Shown: positions 33,601-53,013 of the stretch, one piece after another | Layout: each line of letters opens with the position of its first letter | Position numbering within the stretch: position 1 is the first letter of the stretch | Source: Strigamia acuminata | Lineage: Eukaryota | Direction of reading: 5' to 3' | DNA length: 64,000 nt | NCBI GenBank assembly: GCA_949358305.1 | Contig: OX442314.1 | Location: 10,974,001-11,038,000, forward strand | The notes under the pieces: generated by a model | What the model saw: only the letters and a program-made list of their open reading frames with translations | Database searches by the model: none | Told to the model about the DNA's origin: nothing | Position numbers and translations under genes: made by a program

Positions 33601-36060
33601 AGTGTACGGCATTAGTTTCTGATCTGACATGGTTGGAGATTTTTCCTGTCCAATCACATTATCAATTTCCAGTTGAATTTTTTCTTGAACTTTTGGATGC
33701 TTTATTAAATACAGAAGTCCCCATTCCAGCGTTACACCCGTCGAGGTGCTTCCAGCAAGAAATATCTCGCTAACTACCTGAGCTAGAATTTCCTCTGAAA
33801 ATATCATATTCAGCACAATTTAGAAATAATATAATCTACAGTATAATAGGTGAGTTCAAAGTTTCGGTTTATACCATTTACATGTTAGTACCGGTATGCA
33901 AAAAAATGGTATGAAAAAACTTGCCTACCGGTAACCGTGAATGTGTTCATTTTTAGGCTCGTTTGTTGTATCGTTTTTGCGTTGCATAAAAATTCCATTT
34001 CTTTTATTTAGCCAACCAATTGTGGTTGTGATTCCCTTATTTAAGCATAATTTAGCACTTACTTGAAAGTGTTTATGACTCTTGAAAGTCTGATCTATCG
34101 ATCTAACGTTCGAGGCGGCCATTTTGAATTTGGTTGTAAAAACCAAATCCCGGCATAAACCGATTTATAAACCACTCCAGTCGTGAATTTACTTTTAGTG
34201 GTTTTTGATGATGGTTTTGGCTGTTTTTGATGCCATTCCGTTTATAGAAATGGTTAAAAACGATAAAAACTGAAACTTTGAACGCGCCTATTGTTTTTTT
34301 CCTGTAAAATTTGTTTTTATACCCCCGTATATTGCTTTGATTGTAGTCGATTTTTCTGCTTCAGTTCGCCACGCCTCAATGAAGTTTTCTGGATTATTTG
34401 TACTTTTGCTTTTGTCATAGTTCTTAATCTCCTCCAAGATCTTTGTGTAGAGCAATTTACCTAAAACCCTGTACAGAAATTGACAACGTTTTGACATCTG
34501 TTGCAGAAGTTATTACTACACATACGATGGAGTTTTGATTCCCAGCCAGTTCACAATAAATTGTGGGAAATGATCAGACCATTGATCCACTCCAACACAG
34601 TTTACGAGATTTTTGGACGTACGTATTAGTTCTAGAAAAGATGCATCATATTTCCTCCTTTTTCCGTACAAAATTGATACAGTCACATTGGTCGCGCTCA
34701 TTGTCAGCAAGTTAGACAAGTCAGCTGGTTTGCCTTCTAGTTTTGCAATTTCTTCAACCAAACGATTAATTTCATCCTAAAAATATAGTTTCAAAAATTA
34801 ATTTTTTTAGTTAAAAATATTTATTACTGGTAAGTACCATCAAAAAATACATTAAAGAGCGAAAATCCCGGTATGGATCAGAAGACTACTCAACAATTTT
34901 GTAGAATTAATTATAAACTCTTTTTGTTGCCTTTACTAAATTTAGCTGAGGCAACAAAATCCTAAAGTTGTCTTTAATTAAATGTTTAGTTCTCTCTCAG
35001 CCAGCAAACATTAAAACAATCTAACTGTTTTTAGAGTGCGGCTATGTTCAAAAGTTTATTTTAGGCTTAAAAATTTCATTTTTTGGGCCAAAAAGTTTGT
35101 TTTTAGACCAAATGCAAAAATGAACCACCCCTTGTATTTTTTCTGCATCCGCCTCCTGATGCTCGTATTTGTTGATGCGGAAGGTCGTAAAAGCAAATGT
35201 GTCTTTTTTAGTTTTTGCCATAAATTATTGCAGTTTGTGGTTGAACACAATATTTCAAAGGATAAGCTGGACCATTACGATCAATAACAGAATTGTGTGA
35301 AAAGTGTACAATCCTGTGCTTTTAAACAAAGCAAAGGGACCCTCCTGACAACATGCTGGCCAATTTTTAGAAAATTCCAAGGTATAGATTTTGAGAAACT
35401 TTAACATTAGGTATCGGTCTGTCTGTAATCGCCAACTTCAGCCTGGTGACAATTCTTTACCTGTATTCTTTGTTCCATATTTGTTTTGCCCATTCCAATG
35501 TTACGAAGTGTAGTTAGCACAAAACGTCGATGTTCTCTGTGAGAGGGTCCATAACCTGAAAACAGACCTTTACAAAAAAGTCATTTATTATTAAAGTTTC
35601 CCATTTTATTGTACATTAAATACAGTGTACAACAGTATTTTTATATGTACCAAGCGCTGGACCAAATGATGTTAAAGCAACAAAGGGTGGTGGTCTTTCT
35701 TCGTACGTTTGCTTAAGTAAAACCTCTTTAATTAGTTTAAATGATGACAAAATAACTATTAGTTCTCCGCTGATATAAATCCTAAATTAAAATTTGCAAT
35801 TGTAATTATATTGATAAACAAACAGGACAAGATTAAAATATAGACGCTTACTTATACATGTCGCCATATTTCTTTCTTAGTTCTGTGAGAGTTATATTAG
35901 GTCTGGCGCCTAAAAATGGCAAATAGCCAAAATATGGCAATCCTCTTGGTCCAGGTGGAAGGTTCTTTGGAGTTTTTAAATATGAGAAAACAGACCACAA
36001 AATTATCGTGATCAAAAATATGAGTGCTGAATGAAGCACAGAATCATTCCCCATCTCCAT
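30637..36060 (-). CDS. Cytochrome P450, clan 2 (CYP2-like), ~8 exons
   Basis: N-terminal TM, PPGPRGLP hinge, I-helix FLAGSTST, EIFR, PERF and heme motif FSIGRRQCVGE split across the last intron. Confidence 0.92.
31255..33530 (+). mobile_element. Degenerate non-LTR retrotransposon (CR1/L2-like) in a P450 intron
   Basis: Endonuclease motifs DLLTITETWL and GGGAALY; RT remnants DVSKAFD, QGTVTGPMLY and YADN; (AAAT)n tail at ~33505-33530; frameshifted. Confidence 0.8.
32290..33120 (+). mobile_element. Internally deleted Mutator-like element nested in the LINE
   Basis: Duplication taaaactaac at 32280-32289 and 33121-33130; inverted repeat gcacactatttattctt / aagaataaatagtgtgc; internal interrupted ORF with C-x5-C...HxH zinc-finger pattern typical of MULE N-termini. 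Confidence 0.75.
33848..34289 (-). mobile_element. ~440-bp MITE, family copy 2
   Basis: TIRs aggtgagttcaaagtttcgg / ctgaaactttgaacgcgcct; homologous to 26394-26844. Confidence 0.75.
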
Positions 36061-36599
36061 TGTGTGACCTATGTAATGATACTTCATTAAACTTTTGCTC
36101 TACGTGCAAGTCAAGTCAATTTCATATTTATCAATATCGTATTGATACAGTATGCTTGATCTAATGGCAGTAAATGCTAATTATTTAATCTACACTTTCA
36201 AATGCTGCACGGGGATGAGTTGAACCATTGACAAAAAGACATGTGATGATTCTACCTTTTAGATAAGTAAAAGATAACATGACATTGCTAATACTAACAA
36301 TAACCAATTACATGTAAACTGGCTCTTCTAGATATGCCCTTGACATGCCATTGAATTGTGGAGTCACATTCATAAGCTGTGCCAAAACTTCTTGAATGGT
36401 ACTGTAGTTTGGTTATCTACCTATTGTGCAATGGTTGATCTTACTATGCGGTCAGTATACACGTACGTTAATCGCCTGTCTCTGTTAGGGTGAAGCCTCT
36501 CATGTATCAAGTCATAATCATGGCAGGCTTGACTCTCCAGTTTCCTGATCAGATGCAAGAAAACCCACACATTCAGATGTGCTCTTTGTACTCTTCGTG

Positions 36600-37260
36600 A
36601 TAGAACAGCATGGAACGACTCCCCAGCATTGTTTGTCCGGGTGTGCTGCCCGTATTACTAACATACGGTCTACGCCGACTTGTTCAATCCATGACGCCTG
36701 ACGTAGTTTAGAAAGCAAAAAATTTTTCTGTCTAGGACATCATTCAAGGAAGTTTCTATGAACTCGTCACGTATCAATTCAAGCCCCTCAACAGTATCCT
36801 CTGGCTTCATAAATGGCAACGCCATGGCTTTCTTCACAATACTCTTTACCTCGACAGCTGTTCTGTATTCGACTGACATTCCTAAATCCTGCACTTTTCT
36901 CCATAATGCCTCACAGTAGTGGAAAAAACATCCTTGATGTCGTGCATTAGGCAGCTCGCGTTGGATCACAGGGAGCAGAGCTGTTTCATAGTCAGTAATT
37001 ATTACTACTTCCGGACTCTGCATAATATTCAAGCTTTTGACATAACATAACAGGGTCTCATAAGCACGTTGCGTCTTGCCTGTCATGAGGGCAAACAGCA
37101 CACCCACTCTTTACAACTAAAATTGTAAAAAGTTGGTAGAAGGCGTGAGGCACAATGTTCCATCCATCTGGAACAGTGTGGCATTCTGGGGTGCGGTTAT
37201 CATCTTTGGGCCGGCAAACACGAATATCTCAACATCATCAACCACCAATGTCGCCTTATC
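36600..37260 (-). mobile_element. MULE transposase fragment (pseudogene)
   Basis: FALMTGKTQRAY...IITDYETAL...GCFFHYCEALWRKVQDLG is the MULE DDE core; upstream DGT remnant is out of frame. Confidence 0.88.
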
Positions 37261-38734
37261 TCATTATTGTTACGAAGTTAAATCATTAATTCATTATTGT
37301 TATTTAGTACGGAGTAGTTGTTATTGTGTCTTATCCAAACCAGGTAGAGTGGAGAACTCACTAGTCCTCTCATAATGTGACTCAGACATTCCTAAGATAA
37401 GCTAAAGCTATGGATGGCCATCTGCCACCATAGAAGGTCTATTTCTTCCCCTCGCGCACTATGGAGGCTTGAAGCAATAAAGTATAAAGCTATTGAATAT
37501 TGGTCTGTCTGTTCAGGTTTTAGTGTTAGCTAAGTGGTTCCCGTTACACCCCTAGTCACATGACTTAGTTTGTCGCATGCCAAACCAAAGTAATTAAAAA
37601 ATACAAAATATTCTTTAAGTGGTGAAAATTTTATTAACATAATAAAATCAAGATCACCACAAAAAGAAAATTGATACTGATAATAAATCGAGTGCATATC
37701 ATCGGGTGTGCATTTAACCGGATGTCTCTTTCTAATTTATGTTTAAATCGTTTTGCACCTTGCATAGGACTGTTCTCGCTTTGGAAATAAACAGCCCAAT
37801 CTCTCAGCACAACAAAAACAATATTATTCGGAATATTTTTTATGAGTTTCCACCAATGTAGCAAACTACATACACGGTTCCCAGAAACCATCAAAAGATG
37901 CAAAACCACGTTGGTCTCACACTTTTTCCTGGGACTGTAATCTCAATTATAAAGAGCGAGTAAGCGACGAGTAATTCTGAGTAGTTTTTGGTATCAATAA
38001 GTGAGGGGTAAGACTGATCATCTTCTAGACTAAATGTGCAATGCATCGGCTCGGACAACCCTCTAGGGTCTAGATGTTCAATTACTTGTATTATCAATAA
38101 TACTTACTTTATTAGGAGCTCAAGGGGAACTGCTTTACTTATGTTTGGCACTAAAGAAGTCAGCTCTGCTTCTCCCTTTCACAAATAATAGTTTGAGTTG
38201 ATAACCAATAACTCATCGCCACTCGTGCACGCCTTCTGGTGACAACATGCAGTAACTTGCTCAATTTGATGCACATTTCAGCTCCCCGGCTGAGCTATTG
38301 CTTCTAAATTCTAATAAAGAGATTATTGAAATGTTTTGATCAAAATAAATTTTTTTTTGCAAAATATGAATTTGTTTTTATTTATTTTAATTTTTGGTTA
38401 TTTTAATTTATTTATATTTTTGTTTGTTTTTATTTATTTTTACTTTTGTTTATTTTTGATATTTTTTTGGCCTGATCACAATAGTTCAGCTTGTTCAGCT
38501 GAATTCAGCAATGAAACAAGCTTGTTCCGCTTTTCCGCCGCATTGGTGATTCCGAGTTTTCCACAAACCCATCGGTTTGTCCACTCTTCCTGGTTCCGCC
38601 AGGTTCCGCCGTTCCGGTCGCGTATTCACAAACTACAGGCGCCACCCTGCGACCATCCTTGCTGCGACGGCGGTACTTTTGTTTCTCACCACTAGGGCAC
38701 TTCTGCGTGTTTGATTTGAGTTTTATTCACATTG

Positions 38735-45540
<6,806 letters not shown>

Positions 45541-45606
45541 AATGTTTAATTAATGTTTAATTCCCTAATGTAAAGATCAACAAGTTATATTTTTATTATA
45601 GTTTTA

Positions 45607-48600
45607 TTAATAAATCGGGAAAGAGTTGTCAACACTTTCCGACCAATCGTACAATCCTCCTTTCAAATCGCGCAGTTGAATTGGATAGTTTTTGAAGTGC
45701 GACTTTAATATTTCCACAGCGATCTGCGAGTCGTTTCCTTTCCGACACACAACAAACACTGGATATGGACGTCTCGGACACGCGTTCAGTGATTTATCGA
45801 TTAAATTCTGAACGTTAAAAAGCACCTCTGCATTATTCAAATCTCGAATTGGAACATCTGAAAAGAAATTTTTAAAAAAAAAATTAAACTTTTCCTTAAA
45901 ATGCGATCAAAAATTAAAAAATTCACTTATAGATCTCGGAAGTTTGCAAATATCGACTTCACATTTCTGCCGAACATCGAATAATAAATGATCCTGACTA
46001 TCGGCGTAATATCTCTTGTAATCCTCGCACGATATACGGTCGTGTACCGAAAGAATCCTCACCGTCCTTTCCTAAAATAATGAAATTTTAATTGAAAAGT
46101 TTTTAATTTTTGTTTTCATGTTTTGTTTTTTACTTTATCCGATGCCGGTGCACCGCAAAACTGTTCGTAATCGATGAGTTGAGTAACGGTGGGATTATCT
46201 CCACATACGGCACAAGATGGCTGCCTGGGCCTCAACTTGACCACTTTGCTCATACCGGTTAAGCCGTCAAATATGTACATCTTTTGACTAAAAGAAACTA
46301 TTCACAGATTAATAGAGCATTTCGCATCAACTTTAGGCTTACTTTACTAGGCAACTTTTACCTTCTAATCCAACTATCATCTTGATGACTTCTAAACTCT
46401 GAAGACAACCAATGGCACCTGGAACTATTTCACAGAGAAATTTCACGTTTATTTATATTCAATTTTCATATTTTTCAACTACCGGGTGGCCCACATAAAG
46501 GCGGCCCGACAATACACAAGAAGGGTTACGAAGGGTGACTCAAAAAAATGTATTTACGCACAAAATTGAATATACAATTATCATTAGCTGAGGGCAGTGT
46601 TGTTTAATTGATGTTTCTAGTGCATTTTTTTCCGCTCTTTCGTTTGGTGTTTAGTTTTTGACGATCCGAGCATTGGTTGTCGAGATATTTGCAATTTTAA
46701 TCAATTATTGTCCGAATTCGCCAAGTTTGATTGCACTAATCATTCCTGAATTTTGTGGTACATTTTGAATCTCTTCAATGGTACTTTTGTGAATTTCTTC
46801 AGATGTACCAGTACAAGATTTTGCTTGATTTTGTGAAATTTTCTGAGATTGTGCTTGATTTTGTGAAATTTTCTGAGATTGTGCTTGATTTTGTGAAATT
46901 TTCTGAGATTGTGCTTGATTTTGTGAAATTTTCTGAGATTGTGCTTGATTTTGTGAAATTTTCTGAGATTGTGCTTGATTTTGTGAAATTTTCTGAGATT
47001 GTGCTTGATTTTGTGAAATTTTCTGAGATTGTGCTTGATTTTGTGAAATTTTCTGAGATTGTGCTTGATTTTGTGAAATTTTCTGAGATTGTGCTTGATT
47101 TTGTGAAATTTTCTGAGATTGTGCTTGATTTTGTGAAATTTTCTGAGATTGTGCTTGATTTTGTGAAATTTTCTGAGATTGTGCTTGATTTTGTGAAATT
47201 TTCTGAGACTGTGCTTGATTTTGTGAAATTTTCTGAGATTGTGCTTGATTTTATGAGATTTTGCTACATTTTTTGAGATTTTGCTAAAGTAAAGTCGTAT
47301 GGTACCAAAAAAGGTACCAGTTACCAGTCCCAAATTGCGGTATTTTTTTCAAAAGTACTGTGTACCTGTACCGCTAAAGAAATCCACAAAATTACCACAA
47401 AATCTAAAATTCAAGCTAACTAGTGCCATCAAACTTGGAAAATTCGGACAAAAATTGATGAAAAATGCAAATATCTCGAGAACCAATGCTCGGATCGTGA
47501 AAAACTAAACACCAAACGAAAGAGCGGAAAAAACTGCACTAGAAACATCAATTAAACAACACTGCCCTCAGCTAATGATAATTGTATATTCAATTTTGTG
47601 CGTAAATACATTTTTTGAGTCACCCTTCGTAACCCTTCTTGTGTATTGTCGGGCCGCTTTTATGTGGGCCACCCGGTATAAGGCAATACCTGAACCAATG
47701 ACTCCGCCATCGGAGCAATTCGTCACAGTTTCTGGAGGAGGAGGAGTCGGAAACAAACAACGATAACACGGTCCTCCATTGTAGTTATATACCGTGAGCT
47801 AAGTTTATCAATTATTAAAAATTAAAATATTTCAGGGAACGGGTATGGCTATGGAAAAATTTCATATCTAAGATCAAAAATTCCTTTTTAGGCCAAAAAC
47901 ACCCAATTTTTAGCAAAAAACATCCAATTTTTAGCAAAAAACATCCAACAAAACATTCAATTTTGCACATTTTTTACAATTTACCTGTCCTTCGAATCTT
48001 AATGCACTTCCTGAAACCAGTGGCCGTTTTGCCAAAACACAAGCGTCGTTTAAAAGATATCTCGTTGCGACATTATCTGTAGCATCCACAACGATGGAAT
48101 ATGTAAATTTGAATTAAGAAAAAAAAATAATTTCGACCATTCGGGGGTCAAAAATGACCAAAACCGATTGAAACAAAAAGGATATTGACTAATAATTGCG
48201 AAGGCGTTGGCGCTATTCAAGACACATTCGTACGGAATGCATATGACCGCCGAATTCAACCTAGCAGGACAATTACAATTAAATCACGAACACAGGTTTA
48301 TTGTGTTCGTGATTAAATTATTCCTCTAAATTAAACTAAATTAAATTTACTCCTTCAAAGCTTGGCACAGCGATTGCGATTTGTAAGATCCTATTCTAGA
48401 TTCGGTGTGCGAGATTTGACGATGCAAATTGTTCTGCTCGACGATATCGTAATCCACAATTCCAATTTTCCCTGCAATTATTTACGTCTGTACTTTATGT
48501 ATTACACAATCATCACATAATTACCAACACCAGCAGCAGCTAAATAAATAGCAACAGGACATCCTAATCCGCCAGCACCCACTATTAGCACTGCGGCATA

Positions 48601-48746
48601 TTTTAATTTCACTTGACCTATAAATTAAACAGATTTGTAAAATGTGTCAGATACTAATTCAACAACAACTTGCCATTCACTCCGATTTCTGGAAGCAGTA
48701 ATTGTCTGCTATATCTTTGAATTTCAAGCTGACTTAGAGCGGACAT
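45607..48746 (-). CDS. MOCS3: Adenylyltransferase/sulfurtransferase MOCS3/UBA4, multi-exon
   Basis: [47 protein letters not shown] and rhodanese VCRKGNDSQ. Confidence 0.95.
46482..47676. mobile_element. Foldback-like Tc1/mariner-type non-autonomous element with ~260-bp inverted arms and an internal 30-bp array, in a MOCS3 intron
   Basis: TA|ccgggtggccc...gggccacccgg|TA; arms ~46482-46738 and ~47421-47676; ~14 x gtgcttgattttgtgaaattttctgagatt at ~46821-47260. Confidence 0.88.
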
Positions 48747-48883
48747 TTTGAATTGTCTACCACAAAATAATAGATCTGAGTGTCATCTAGTGACAAATCA
48801 CAAAAAGACAACAAAAATGGCATTTCTTATTTTTTATTGATTAAATTCACATTTTTACATATAATAATGGAAATTAGCATAAA

Positions 48884-49360
48884 TTATTCCTTGAATTTCC
48901 ATTCTTGGCGACACATGGGACACTGTTGATGAACTTGCTGCGAATTCAACCACTTCATGATGCAGTGTATGTGGAAGCAATGAGTACATCGACCCCAAAC
49001 TGTCCCGAAAAATAGAAAAAAATAATAATTAATCGCTAAGAAATGGGAACTGAGAACTCGGTGCAACGTTTGGCCATAAATCGAACTGATATTTGAACTA
49101 TTAAATTATACCGAGCGGGCAATCATCGCCGGGAACTTTGCAATCGGGACAACATGCATCGAACGGCATTCTGCAAATTCCGCAACTGTCGTCGTTCGCT
49201 ATCCACCTCCAAGTCGCAATTCCTCCCCAAGCTGACGAAATATTTAAGAAAAATAAATTAGTTTTTCATTTATTTGTATAAAAATGAAACAATTAATTCA
49301 TTTTTTCGACTTACTGTTGATTTTCACTTTCAATCTCGTATTTTTTTTAACCGTCTCCAT
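48884..49360 (-). CDS. ANAPC11: Anaphase-promoting complex subunit 11 (RING-H2), 3 exons
   Basis: [33 protein letters not shown] / [38 protein letters not shown]. Confidence 0.96.
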
Positions 49361-49773
49361 TTTAGAATGTAATTAAAACCTTTTCACGCTGACCATTTGA
49401 CCCAATTTAGTCAATTTAAGCTGATTTTCTGCTTTGTTTTCCCACTTTTTTTAATGTCACCTATACGCCATTTTGGTTTGCGCACAGCGCCACCACCGCC
49501 CGAGCGTCGATTTTTGCTACCACATTCAAAATAAACCGGTTAGGGATAAAAAAAACAAAAAAAAAACGTCGTAACATTTATTCTATTATAGAATCAATTT
49601 ATTCGAAAAACACACACACACTTAACGTGGGTAGGATAAAAACTTTGAACTTGTTTATTCGCTGCGATTACATTGACGTAAGAATAAAAATTAAAAAAGT
49701 AACAAAATTAGAAACGGACGTTCTTAGATTTCGAAAGAACTGCGGTCTAGACAAAAGAGAAAACCATGAAAAA

Positions 49774-50217
49774 TTAATAAAATTCAATGAATTTGTGTGT
49801 AAATATGCCCATACTTCTGTCAACAAAGTGCCGCTTTTGCTTGTGTTCCTTCTCTGCACCATTTTCGTCTTGCTGGTCCTGTTTTTCTGCTATTTTTTCC
49901 TGTATGACCTTCCGTTCTTCCGCCTTTTCTTCGTCACTCGGCCCTTTCAAGAAATCAAAAGCCGTGCTTTTATTAAAATTATTGAAATGACGTCGCTGAC
50001 TCCGATTTCCATTCCAAGCATCCGGGGAATCTGATTGCCACAGCCCTTCGAGTGACGAGCGTGGTGTCAACGGATCCATTTTAACCTGCACGAAAAACAA
50101 ACACAAAAATCAATAAAAGTAATAAAATAAAACACCAAAAAAACATACTTGTCCATTGTTAAATCCATTCTGATCTGCAGTGTGGTCTTCGGACCTGGGA
50201 GTGAATACATCTGCCAT
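49774..50217 (-). CDS. Unknown ~126-aa hydrophilic protein (exons 50217-50149, 50085-49774)
   Basis: ATG in agaATGg context; phase-0 GT-AG intron joins MADVFTPRSEDH... to VKMDPLTPRSSLEGLW...HFVDRSMGIFTHKFIEFY. Confidence 0.5.
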
Positions 50218-51119
50218 TCTTGCAATTCTAGTTCTAGTTCACCGTACACACTGACTGAAATATACAAATGCGAAATCGTTAAATCAACGGAACGGCGAGG
50301 TGTGATTCGTGCGGCGCAGCCCAACCTAACGTAGCGCGTACGGTCAATGGCTCCGGCTCAAGTCCATATATAGAGATGGACTTGCTGCCCAGAGATTGGG
50401 AACGAGCAAAACCCGTCCTCCTTCATAAATTCAAATCCTGCTTTTTCAACGCCACTCCTCAAATGGAAATGTTACGTGTGCATTTTTATTTTTTTTTTAA
50501 ATAAATCGGTTTATTACCGAAAGAAAGAAATAAAAATCCGCCAGTTGCATAAAAAACCCCATAAACAGTGCGGACTTTTTTCTCATTTAAACGGTAATAT
50601 CGATTAGAAATGTGGATAAGAGATTAAATTTAGTCGTTTTTGTGGTAATTTACGATGGAATGGATGTGATATTGCTTACTTTTACTCGGTGATAGTCGGC
50701 AGAGAGAAGGTTTGTATTAAAAACGCCTACCGTAGGATAGGACTTGTGTCAGCGGCAGCGCGCAGTTTACGCGGGAATTTTTCCATAAAACAAAAGCTCG
50801 AGGTCGCAGTCGTAACCAGCTGCGCAGATTATTGTTGTATCATTTAAAAAAACGGGCAGGAAATCGTGTCAAATCATGCACGAATCGCAGCGAATTGAGC
50901 ATTAATAAAATATGAATTGAAAACAGTTATTTATTTTTTATTTTTTTTATTCGTTTGGTACAGTACGATTATGAATTATGAATTCAAAAAGGCCTTGGTT
51001 TTGATGAGAATTGACACCAGATGTCTCCGAAAATCAACGAGGCCTAAATATTGTTTTTTTCTTCTCGGATTTATTTTTGATTTTGACATTTTGATGAATA
51101 ATTATGAAATAAATAAAAC

Positions 51120-52111
51120 TTAACATTTCATTTTGTCTTCGATCTCGGTTGTTATGGTTTCGGGTTCTTCAGAATCGAAATATTTGTCTTCGAATGTGTC
51201 CTCGCATGTATCGTATTCCTCGTTATCGTCCACAACACTAAACAAAAAAAAAATAAACAAACAAAAATTCGTTTAAAAATTTAAATATTTTGGTTCGATT
51301 CAAACAAACCTGTAATCAAACTCCTGATCTTCACCACGAAGAAAACTGTGGTGCATATTCGACACAAATTCATCTCTAAGTTGGTGTTTTTCGATGTCAC
51401 AAACTTGTGCCGGCGGTTTATCTAATGAATTTAATTAATTAATAAACTAAAAACTGATAAATTTCACTTTTTAACCATCTAAATAATTAGCATCGTCTTC
51501 GTCGTCGCTGTCACTCTCCTCGATCATTCCATCTTCTTCGCATTCCTGTCGTTTTCGCCGACTGTTCACGGAATCTCGGTCGATATGTTCCAACAAAATC
51601 GCGCTGAACCTGAAATTAAATGAAAACAAATTGTAATTCAATGTCTAATTTAATTTTACATCGATTTCAGACACCTTAAGTCAGTTTCGGGAATATTTTC
51701 GGCCGATTCTCGCTCCTGTTGGGTCATATATTGACCAATCATTTGCTCAAATAAGAGTGGACATCTTTTTCTCATTTGTGCGTCGCTGAAATATTCGCCT
51801 TTATCGATCAGTTGTTTTAGGGCCTCGTAGCGCCTGTTTTTGACTATGATTTTGTGTCGTTCTGCATTTAATCCAGTGTCGAGTTGTTTTAAGTAAAAAT
51901 CGACTTCGTAGTTTGATCGAAATTGTTCAAAATAAGCGAGGTCGTTTCTGTTTAGGTGTTTACCGAACCGGTATAGGAATAAAGATGGACTTTTTTCAAG
52001 TATTTCACTGGCTATTTCTTTCTTTTCTATGTGGGTTAGGTCTGGTTCGCCTTTTTGTTGGCTTTTAAAATGGCAATTACTTTCTGCTATTCGGTGAAAC
52101 ATCGCCTCCAT
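51120..52111 (-). CDS. CCDC97: Coiled-coil domain-containing protein 97, multi-exon
   Basis: KSQQKGEPDL, FLYRFG, KNRRYEAL...GEYFS..QMRKRCPLLFEQMIGQY, FLRGEDQEFDY..VDDNEEYD. Confidence 0.9.
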
Positions 52112-52404
52112 GCTGGTTTGTTGTGATTTATTCTGTGGTTAGTCAAGGGATTAATACGACATTTGAATCAAAAAATGGATAAACTGAGACATAATTGCGA
52201 AGAAGTTGGATTTTTTTATATTTTAGTTTTTTAAATTTAAGTAATTTTAATAAAATGTATTTGATTTGATTTTCTTATATAGTGGGTTTTAGCCGGGTTT
52301 TAGCTCGGGTTTTAGTAATACCTGAGTGACACTATAGAACAAATCTCTAGCTTAAACGAAGCAGACGGAAAGGTTTCACCAGAAATATCCGGAAATATCA
52401 AAAT

Positions 52405-52944
52405 ATGTCTGAAGATGCAGATCCGGATGATTTCGAAGCGTACTCACCAACTGTAATATTTTAATAATCATTAAGTAATATTAAATTATAAATTTTTATA
52501 ATTTTATTTAGATTCCGTTTTATGGGAAAAAAGTGCGAGATGTGCCATGCTTTAGAAACTCATTTTTGTACGGACTTGGCAGCGGTTTAGGCGTTGGACT
52601 TGTCTATTTTTTAGCCACGAGTGACTTAAAACTGAAATAAAATACTTAAAATAAATAAATAAATAAATTTCTATCGACAGGCAGAACGAAACGAGCGACA
52701 GACGTCGGATTTGCGTCATTTGTAGTCGTAACTTTAGGTTATTGGTAAATTTCTCCATAAAATCTAATTTTTTTTAACCTTTTTTTAGAGAAATATTAAA
52801 ATATTAATTACTGAAATTTCATCTAGGTTCAATTGTCGGTACACAAGGTCACGAGACCGATTTTACTTCCAGCAAATTAAAGCAGAAGTTGAGGAATACG
52901 TGCACAAAGAGGGCACATCAAAAAAAAAACCAATCGACACATAA
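52405..52944 (+). CDS. COX20: Cytochrome c oxidase assembly factor COX20, 4 exons (missed by the ORF track)
   Basis: Spliced product ...VRDVPCFRNSFLYGLGSGLGVGLVYFLATS...GFASFVVVTLGYWFNCRY..., two TM segments. Confidence 0.85.
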
Positions 52945-53013
52945 ATATCAATTTTGTAGTTTTGTAGAAATAAATTTATTCTAATTGTGAAACTATTTAT
53001 ACATATTAAATTC

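Noticed and set aside
46740..47333. 197-aa and 173-aa repetitive ORFs ([10 protein letters not shown] / [10 protein letters not shown])
   Set aside because: By-products of a stop-free 30-bp tandem repeat inside an intronic transposon
52284..52315. Interstitial telomere repeat
   Set aside because: Only three spaced GGGTTTTAG words, not a tandem TTAGG tract
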